In this document: positions 47,777 to 55,478 of the stretch, in pieces
Position numbering within the stretch: the first letter of the stretch is position 1
Layout: the number at the start of each line of letters is the position of its first letter
DNA from: Chiloscyllium plagiosum
Lineage: Eukaryota
NCBI RefSeq assembly: GCF_004010195.1
Contig: NC_057753.1
Location: 13,505,979-13,561,456, forward strand
Length of the DNA: 55,478 bases
Reading direction: 5' to 3'
Notes under the pieces: model-generated
Told to the model about the DNA's origin: nothing
What the model saw: only the letters and a program-made list of their open reading frames with translations
The model's database searches: none
Position numbers and translations under genes: made by a program

Positions 47777-49099
47777 TTGATGTGCTGTTTATGGATTTCA
47801 GTAAAGCATTTGTTAAGGTTCACTACGGTAGGCTATTGCGCAAATACAGAAGCATGGGACGAAGGGTGATTTCGCAGTTTGGATCAGAAATTGGCTGGCT
47901 GAAAGAAAGGTGACTGACGGGAAATGTTCATCCTGGAGTTTAGTTACCAGTGGTAAACTGCAGGATTGTTTTGGGGCCACTGCTGTTGGTCATTTTATAA
48001 ATGAGGGTGTAGAAGGATGGGTTAGTAAATGTGCAGGTGACACTAAAGTCGGTGGAGTTGTGAACAGTGCGGAAGGATGTTGCAGGTTACAGAGTGATAT
48101 AGATAAGTTGCAGAGCTGGACTGGTGGTGGCAAATGGAGTTTAATCCGGAAAAGTGTAAAGTGATTCACTTCAGAAGGAGTAACAGGAACATAAAGTACT
48201 GGGCTAATGGTAAGATTCTTGGTCGTATAGATGAGCAGAGAGATCTCAGTGTCCATGTGCATAGATCCCCAAAAGTTGCCACCCAGGTTGACAGGGTTGT
48301 TAAGGTGTACGGTGTGTTAGCTTTTATTGGTCGAGGGATTGAATTTTGGAGCTATGAGGTCATGTTGCAGCTGTACAAAACTCTGGTGCGGCTAAACTTG
48401 GACTATTGCGTACAGTTCTGGTCACTGCACTATAGGAAGGATATGGAAGCATTTGGAAAGGATGCAGAGGAGATTTACCAGAAGGTTGACTGGAATGGAG
48501 GAAAGATCTTATGAGGAAAGGTCTTATGAGGAAAGGCTAAGGGACTTTAGGCTGTTTTTGTTAGAGAGAAGGAGGTTAAGAGCTGACTTAACAGAGACAT
48601 ACAAGATGATCAGAGGATTAGATAGGGTGGACAGCGAGAGCCCTTTTCCTCTGATTGTGATGACTAGCATGAGGGGTCATCGCTTTAAAGTGAAGGGTGA
48701 CAGATACAGGTCAGAGGTAGGTTATTTCATCAGAGGGTAGTAAGGGCATGGAATGCCCTGCCTGCAACAGTGGTAGACTCACCAACTTTCAAGGGGATTT
48801 AAAATGGTCATTGGATAAACATATGGATGATAATGGAATAGTGTCGTTAGATAGGGTTCAGATCAGTTCCACAAATCGGCGCAAGATTGAGGGCTGAAGG
48901 GCCTGGACTGCGCTGTAACATTCTATGTTCTAACCTTGAAGAAGCGTTTAGCTAATCATACAAGGCACTACAATGTTGGTCACATGCTGAGTGCCAGAAA
49001 ATGAGACCAGAATAAATAGGTGCTTGATGACCAGCATGGATATGAGGAGGACATTGTGCTCAACATTTGTATATCTGATACTTGGACACTTTTCTTCTG

Positions 49100-49980
49100 T
49101 GTTTCTCTGCCACTGTCTCTTTTCGGAAGCAGGCAGGAGTGACAGGCTGGGAGGAATCCCTCTCAGTCCAATATCACCTTCCTCAGTGGAGGACTTTCAA
49201 AGCAATTTTTCAAAGTGCTTAGCAAAAGTATACTCCAGTGAAAAGGAAGGACTGTAAGGAAAAAAAGGGTAATCTGCCACGGGTGTCTAAGGAAATAAGC
49301 GAGGCTATCAAAATCAAAAAAAGAAGACATACAAAGTGGCCAAAAACAGCACAAAACTAGTAGATTGGGAAAACTTTGCAAGGTCAATAGAAAGCCACAA
49401 ACAGAGCTACAAACAAAAGTCAGGTAAAACAGGAGAAAAGAAAAGCACAGAATATAAAGAGAGATAGCACAAGTTTCCATAAATATATAAAATGAAAAAA
49501 AAAGTGGCTAAAGTAAATGTTGGTCCTTCAGAGGATGAGAAGGGGCATTAAGTTATGGGATATGATGAAATGGCAGAGGCATTTTGTACCAGTCTTCACA
49601 GTAGAGGACACCAATAACAGACACAAGCATCTCCCCCCACTACAGAGGTTGAGCTAACCGGTCTATAATTTCCCATCTTCTGTCTACCTCCATTTTTAAA
49701 CAGTGGCATCCCATTTGCTGTTTTCCAATCTGCTGGGACTGTCCCAGAGTCCAGCAAATTTTGGAAAATTAGCACCAGTGCACTTTCTATTTCATGCCAG
49801 CAATTGACAAAGAGACGAAGTTGGGTGAGGACCTGAAAACAATTATTACGGGGTGAGGACCTGGAAACAATTATTACGGAAGAGGTAGTGTTGGGAAAGC
49901 TAATGGATCTAAGGATAGTCAAGTCTGCTGACCCTGATGGAATGCATCCCAGAGTACCCTACCAAACGACATGGCGGGAG
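49100..49980 (+). mobile_element. CR1-group LINE fragment with internal inversion
   Basis: Plus-strand ORF2-like purine-rich segment. 49620-49800 is inverted (minus strand DSGTVPADWKTANGMPLFKNG...GNYRPVS). Confidence 0.65.
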
Positions 49981-50104
49981 AAATAGGGGTGGGGATGAAG
50001 GCGATAGGTCAGAGGGGAGGGTGGAGAAAGGTCGCAAAGAGTAGCTTCAGGGCAGAGGAGATGACTTGGGGGTTGCAGTGAGAGAGAGACTCACTCATTC
50101 TTGT

Positions 50105-50325
50105 TTAAATGTTAAAAATCACACGACACCAGGTTATAGTCCAACAAGTTTAATTGGAAGCACACTAGCTTTTGGGGCACCGCTCCTTTCCACAACCGCC
50201 TGATAAAGGAGCGGCACCCCGATAGCTAGTGTGCTTTCAATTAAACCTGTTGGACTATAACCTGGTGTCGTGTGATTTTTAACATTGTACACCCCAGTCC
50301 AACACTGGCATCTCCGAATCATGAC
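50105..50325. mobile_element. Palindromic Penelope-derived element P3
   Basis: Arms ~50106-50187 and ~50204-50286 form a near-perfect hairpin with hammerhead remnants. Tail on the right. Imperfect TSD ATTCTTGT (50097-50104) and ATTCTCGT (50328-50335). Confidence 0.85.
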
Positions 50326-50551
50326 AGATTCTCGTGGAGAGTCTAGTGGAAATCAGAGTCTAGATTAGACTGGTGCTGGAAGAGTTCTCCTCCTCTCTCC
50401 ACAAGTGATTTTAACCTTACTGCGAATCCTCTTGCAAGGATACCTGCCTTGAAGATGGATTTGGAGATGCCGGTATGGGACTGGGGTGTACAAAGTTAAA
50501 ATAAAAATCACACAACACCAGGTTATAGTCTAACAAGTTTAATTGGAAGCA

Positions 50552-50586
50552 CACAAGCTTTCAGAGAGTCGCTCCTTCATCAGGTG
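50552..50586 (-). ncRNA. Minimal type I hammerhead ribozyme, left arm of P4
   Basis: Minus strand CAC-CTGATGA-A-GGAGC-GAC-TCTCT-GAAA-GCTT-GTG. Core intact, stem II weakened. Confidence 0.6.
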
Positions 50587-51340
50587 GATGTAGAGGGCTC
50601 AATCCTAACACACAGAATTTATAGCAAAAATTTACAGTGTGATGTAACTGAAATTATACATTGAAAAATTGATTGTCTGTTAAGCCTTTCATCTGTTAGA
50701 ACACCATGACAGTTTCACTGCTTTCATGTGTAAATCACAAAATCTTTTTTTATCACATGAGTACCTGCCATGTACAAGGTGGGAGGTGTCCCCACGCGTA
50801 ATAGTGGTATCTATGTCCAGTCTCTGACACGTCTTGCAGCGTCCACCGTGACAGGGTTGTATGGAGTTGTCCTGAGAGCCGGGCAGATTGCTACAAACAA
50901 CGATCTGTTTGAAGTTTGGCAGTTGTTTAAAGCTAGTAGTGGAGGTGTGGGGAAGGTCTTGGTGAGGTGTTCATCCTCATCGATAATGTGTTGTAGGTCA
51001 CGAAGAACATGGTGTAGTTTTTCAGCTCCTGGGAAATACTGAACAACGAAGGGTACCCTGTCGGTTGCAGCACGTGTCTGTCTCCTGAGGAGGTCATTAC
51101 GGTTCCTTGCTGTGGCACGTTGAAACTGGCCGATGAGTTGGGCATCATACTCTGTTCTTGTGAGGGCATCCATGAGTACTTCCAGGTGTCCGTCACGTTC
51201 CTCCTCATCTGAGCAGATCCGGTGTACGCGTAGGGCTTGTCCATAGGGAATGGCTGTTTTAATATGTTTTGGGTGGAAGCTGGATAAGTGTAGCATTGTG
51301 AGGTTGTCCGTGGGTTTGCGGTAGAGTGTGGTGCAGAGGT

Positions 51341-52448
51341 AAAAACAATGACTGCAGATGCTGGAAACCAGATTCTGGATCAGTGGTGCTGGAAGAGCAC
51401 AGCAATTCAGGCAGCATCCGAGGACAGGCAAAATCGACGTTTCGGGCAAAAGCCCTTCATCAGGAATAAAGGCAGAGAGCCTGAAGCGTGGAGAGATAAG
51501 CTAGAGGAGGGTGGGGGTGGGGANNNNNNNNNNNNNNNNNNNNNNNNNNNNNNNNNNNNNNNNNNNNNNNNNNNNNNNNNNNNNNNNNNNNNNNNNNNNN
51601 NNNNNNNNNNNNNNNNNNNNNNNNNNNNNNNNNNNNNNNNNNNNNNNNNNNNNNNNNNNNNNNNNNNNNNNNNNNNNNNNNNNNNNNNNNNNNNNNNNNN
51701 NNNNNNNNNNNNNNNNNNNNNNNNNNNNNNNNNNNNNNNNNNNNNNNNNNNNNNNNNNNNNNNNNNNNNNNNNNNNNNNNNNNNNNNNNNNNNNNNNNNN
51801 NNNNNNNNNNNNNNNNNNNNNNNNNNNNNNNNNNNNNNNNNNNNNNNNNNNNNNNNNNNNNNNNNNNNNNNNNNNNNNNNNNNNNNNNNNNNNNNNNNNN
51901 NNNNNNNNNNNNNNNNNNNNNNNNNNNNNNNNNNNNNNNNNNNNNNNNNNNNNNNNNNNNNNNNNNNNNNNNNNNNNNNNNNNNNNNNNNNNNNNNNNNN
52001 NNNNNNGGAAATGTTGGCGGATGATTTGGTTTATGCGAAGGTTGGTAGGGTGGAAGGTGAGCACCAGGGGTGTTCTGTCCTTGTTGCGGTTGGAGGGGTT
52101 GGGTCTGAGGGCGGAGGTGCGGGATGTGGATGAGATGCGTTGGAGGGCATCTTTAACCACGTGGGAAGGGAAATTGCGGTCTCTAAAGAAGGTGGCCATC
52201 TGGTGTGTTCTATGGTGGAACCGCTCCTCCTGGGAGCAGATACGGCGGAGGCGGAGGAATTGGGAATACGGACTGGCATTTTTGCAAGAGGTAGGGTGGG
52301 AAGAGGTGTAATCCAGGTAGCTGTGGGAGTCGGTGGGCTTGTAGAAGATGTCAGTGTCAAGTCGGTCGTCACTGATGGAGATGGAGAGGTCCAGGAAGGG
52401 GAGGGAGGTGTCAGAGATGGTCCAGGTAAATTTAAGGTCAGGGTGGAA
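51341..52448 (-). mobile_element. Second-family Penelope-like element nested in P4 (N gap inside)
   Basis: 12-bp direct repeat TGGTGCAGAGGT at 51329-51340 and 52449-52460. Open RT C-terminus LKFTWTISDTSLPFLDL...FYKPTDSHSYLDYTSSHP...PYSQFLRLRRICS. Confidence 0.88.
51432..51467 (-). ncRNA. Minimal type I hammerhead ribozyme
   Basis: Minus strand ATTC-CTGATGA-A-GGGC-TTTT-GCCC-GAAAC-GTC-GATT. Confidence 0.75.
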
Positions 52449-53559
52449 TGGTGCAGAGGTGTCCATCCTTGATGGAGATGCAAGTGTCCAAGATTGAGAC
52501 AGACAGTCGAGAGTAGTCCATGGTGAGTTTGATGGTGGGATGAAACTGGTTGATGTCACTGTGTAGTTTTATCAGTGACTCCTCGCCATGGGTGCTGAGG
52601 AAGTAAATGTTGTCAATGTAACTGATGTATAATGTTGGTTGGAGATAGAGAAGAAGTCTTGTTCGAACCTGTTGGTTCGAATAAAAATGTTGGCATATTG
52701 TGGTGCAAATTTGGTCCCCATGGCTGTTCCATGTTTCTGGATGAAGAACTGGTTGTCAAAGGTGAAGACGTTGTGATCAAGGATAAAGCGGATGAGTTGT
52801 AGGATGGTAGCCTTTAAACAACCGCCAAACCTCAAACAGATCATTGTTTGTAGCAAGCTCTCAGGACAACTCCATACAACCCTGTCACGGTAGGTGCTGC
52901 AAGACGTGTCAGAGTGTGGACATAGATACCAGCATTACATGTGGGGATACCTCCCACTTTGTACATGGCAGGTACTCATGTGACTCAGCCAACGTTGTCT
53001 ATATTATACGTTGCAGGCAAGAATGCCCAGAGGCATGGTACATTGGGGAAACCGAGCAAAGGCTACAACAACAGATGAATGGGCACCGCACAACATTCAA
53101 AAGACAGGAGGGTTCCCTCCCAGTCGAGGAACACTTCAGTGGTCCAGGACATTCGACCTCGGACCTTCGGGTGACCATCCTCCAAGGCTGACTTCGGGAC
53201 AGGCAGCAGCGAAAAGTGGCCAAGCAGAGGCTGATAGCTAAGTTCGGTACCCATAGGGAGGGCCTCAATCAGGACCTTGGGTTCCTGTCACAGTACAGGT
53301 GACCATCATTGTACTATACACACACACACTCTCCCATATGCATCCCCTCACAGACTTAAGATACTCTGCACTCACTACACACACACACGTACACTTTCAC
53401 TTTCTCACACTCTCAACCCCCAACCCAGATGGACAGACAGACAGACACACAGATAGACAAAGACCCACATGCACACATATTTTGTGGGGTGAATTTGTAC
53501 TTGCAGAGTTACACTGTACTTTGCTCAAAAACTGCATGACTTCATGTAAAACTCCGTTA

Positions 53560-53886
53560 TTAGATTAGATTACTTACAGTGTGGAAACAGGCCCTTCGGC
53601 CCAACAAGTCCACACCGACCCGCCGAAGCACAACCCACCCAGACCCATTCCCCTACATTTACCCCTTCACCTAACACTACGGGCAATTTAGCATGGCCAA
53701 TTCACCTAACCTGCACATTTTTGGATTGTGGGAGGAAACCGGAGCACCCGGAGGAAACCCACGCAGACACGGGGAGAACGTGCAAACTTCACACAGAGAG
53801 TCGCCTGAGTCGGGAATTGAACCCGGGTCTCTGGTGCTGTGAGGCAGCAGTGCTAACCACTGTGCCACTGTGCCACCGTGCCGCCC
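53560..53886 (-). mobile_element. V-SINE (HE1-like) in the P4 3'UTR
   Basis: Full head to (TAATC)n tail on the minus strand. GTTAT lies on both sides. Confidence 0.9.
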
Positions 53887-54132
53887 AAAAGTTATCACAC
53901 TTTTTAAGATTAGAATCAATCTAAACATCATGTCATAGACAGAGAACACAGGGGGCTAACACCTTCAACAAAAAAGGTTTTGGTGATTTACACATGAAAG
54001 AAGTGAAACTATCATGGTATTTTAACAGATGAAAGGCTTAATAGACAATCAATTTTTCAATGTATAATTTCAGTTACATTACACAGTAAATTTTTGCTAT
54101 AAATTCTGTGTTAGGATTAAGCCCTCTACATC

Positions 54133-54167
54133 CACCTGATGAAGGAGCGACGCTCCGAAAGTAAGTG
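54133..54167 (+). ncRNA. Minimal hammerhead ribozyme, right arm of P4 (cleavage site mutated)
   Basis: CAC-CTGATGA-A-GGAGC-GAC-GCTCC-GAAA-GTAA-GTG. Perfect stem II, but GTAA replaces the GCTA/GCTT seen in other copies. Confidence 0.6.
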
Positions 54168-54431
54168 TGCTTCCAATTAAACCTGTTGGACTATAACCTG
54201 GTGTTGTGTGATTTTAAACTTTGCCTTGAAGAAGTTCTCGTCCTCTCTCCACAAGAATCTGAGTGAGTCCCTCTCTCTCACCACAATCCCCAGGTCATCT
54301 CTGTCCTGAAGCTACTCTTTAACCTATCACCGTCACCCCCACGCCCATCCACCTATTGTACTCTTTGCTACCTTCTCCCCACCCCCACTTCCCTCCCATT
54401 TATCTCTCCACCCTGGAGTCTCCCTGCCTTC

Positions 54432-54467
54432 AGTCCTGATGAAGGGCTTTTGCCCGAAACGTCAATT
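54432..54467 (+). ncRNA. Minimal hammerhead ribozyme in the 3' end of the host PLE (54222-54500)
   Basis: CTGATGA-A-GGGC-TTTT-GCCC-GAAAC-GTC at 54436-54463. The first pair of stem I is mismatched. Confidence 0.65.
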
Positions 54468-55009
54468 TTCCTGCTCCTCGGATGCTACCTTGCCTGCTGA
54501 ATTGAGAGGGTTGTTAACCTATGGAACTCCTTGCCCGGTGAAGTCGTTAACGTTACTTCATTAAACATTTTCTTTAAAAAAAGCACAGTAACTAAGGGAT
54601 ATAGTGAGAGCCTGGATAAGTGGATCTGAGTCCACGATAAGATGACCCATTATCCAATGGGTCAAAGAGCCGGGCTGCCTGCTCCTGCTTCTTATGTCCT
54701 CAATTGCAAAACTCAGCACATACCTCATGGGCGACCTCTTCACGAATTGCAACAGCTTGCTGCTTTCGAGTTACAAACGTTTTCGGAATCATATTCCCGC
54801 AAGCAGAAGAGAACAAACCTTTTAACCTCGCACAGTTAAATGCCAGTGGTGTTCAGATCGTGATGACTCCACTGACTGTCAGAACTTGTTTTGAGATCCC
54901 GGTCTATTCTCAATTAAATATCCTGCAAAACGAATTGACAAAAAGCAAAAAAAAAATAATCGCTGTCAGTCCAGGATAGACATCTGCAAATAAAACAAAT
55001 GTTTCTCTT

Positions 55010-55430
55010 GCAAGATCGCTGCGTGAATGCCCCTCTGCAAATCGCCCCCGTGCCGAGGAGGAGAATGCGCATGCGCCCTGCTACACATTGCCCCTCACAA
55101 AGATGGCGGCGCTTAAACTGAGGCCTGACAACCAGCCCGAGCCCAGCAGCCGTTTTCTCGTTCGTGCAAAAGCGGCACCGCGAGTTTCTAACTCGGGTCT
55201 TGCGTCCCCGCACAAATCAAAGGTCCCAAATACAAGCTCACTCATTTATTTTTTTCTTTCTCTCTCTCCCGGTTAACGCCGCCCCCCCCTTCCCGAATAG
55301 CCGCAGGAGACCGTCGCAATGACCCTGCGCCGGCCGCGCTGCTGGTCACGTGCCACCCTGCTCCGGCAGCGTTGTTGGTCACGTGCCACCCTGCTCCGGC
55401 AGCGTTGTTGGTCACGTGCCACACCGCTCG
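55010..55430. promoter_or_regulatory. CpG-rich housekeeping-type promoter
   Basis: CpG-dense. NRF1-like TGCGCATGCGC at 55066-55076, YY1-like AAGATGGCGGC at 55100-55110, and three GGTCACGTG E-boxes. Confidence 0.7.
55322..55420 (+). repeat. 3 x 33-bp GC-rich minisatellite, one E-box per unit
   Basis: ACCCTGCTCCGGCAGCGTTGTTGGTCACGTGCC at 55355 and 55388, with a variant unit at 55322. Confidence 0.95.

Positions 55431-55478
<48 letters not shown>

Larger units (their letters stand above)
42800..48932 (+). mobile_element. CR1 LINE (outer), split by a second CR1 at ~44822-47776
   Basis: Esterase end VISGLLPVP, endonuclease YFNARSI...VAISETW and MGDFNFP, then PEDWRIANVVPVFKKG up to ...VDEG at 44820. 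Resumes at 47777 with the following RT motif DVLFMDFSKAF and runs to a TTCTATGTTCTA tail. Confidence 0.85.
50456..54221. mobile_element. Penelope-like element P4 with inverted pLTRs and an internal inversion
   Basis: 11-bp TSD TGCCTTGAAGA at 50445-50455 and 54222-54232. Inverted termini of ~260 bp (50490-50750 and 53970-54221). RT on the minus strand (HNVFTFDNQFFIQKHGTAMGTKFAPQYANIF; LYRKPTD; SSFHPKHIKTAIPYGQALR). GIY-YIG on the plus strand (ANVVYIIRC...WYIGETEQRL). Confidence 0.9.

Noticed and set aside
55088-55276. ORF containing ATGGCGGCG (MAALKLRP...)
   Set aside because: Short, stops at 55276, no recognisable product. Better explained as a YY1 site in the CpG island.
55431-55478. 48-nt poly-C run
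   Set aside because: A homopolymer at the very end of the window. Likely a sequencing or assembly artefact, or of unreliable length.

Overview
Vertebrate genomic DNA, almost certainly from a shark (inferred from HE1/V-SINE-type SINEs, CR1 LINEs with an esterase ORF1, Penelope-like elements and a shark-style C2H2 gene), with three N gaps. The left half (1-27.2 kb) is part of a T-cell receptor V cluster, most likely TCR alpha/delta. It holds one minus-strand V cut by the window edge and four plus-strand V segments, each ending in a 23-bp-spacer RSS (one degenerate). The four come from a head-to-tail tandem duplication (copy A ~1299-11477, copy B 11478-27161). Each copy carries a V whose leader and V domain share one exon, a conventional leader-intron-V gene, and a divergent pair of CTCF motifs. 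The right half shows no V, D, J or C exon that I could recognise. It is a stack of nested retroelements, an 8-finger C2H2 gene on the minus strand and a CpG-rich promoter at the end. The main points of interest are: the intronless leader-V family with an apparent 5'UTR intron and a promoter CTCF site; a family of snap-back (palindromic) Penelope-derived elements with a hammerhead ribozyme in each arm; and a 130-bp hammerhead-bearing insertion lying in sense just 3' of the zinc-finger stop codon. Everything was read by eye with no database search. Repeat boundaries are approximate.
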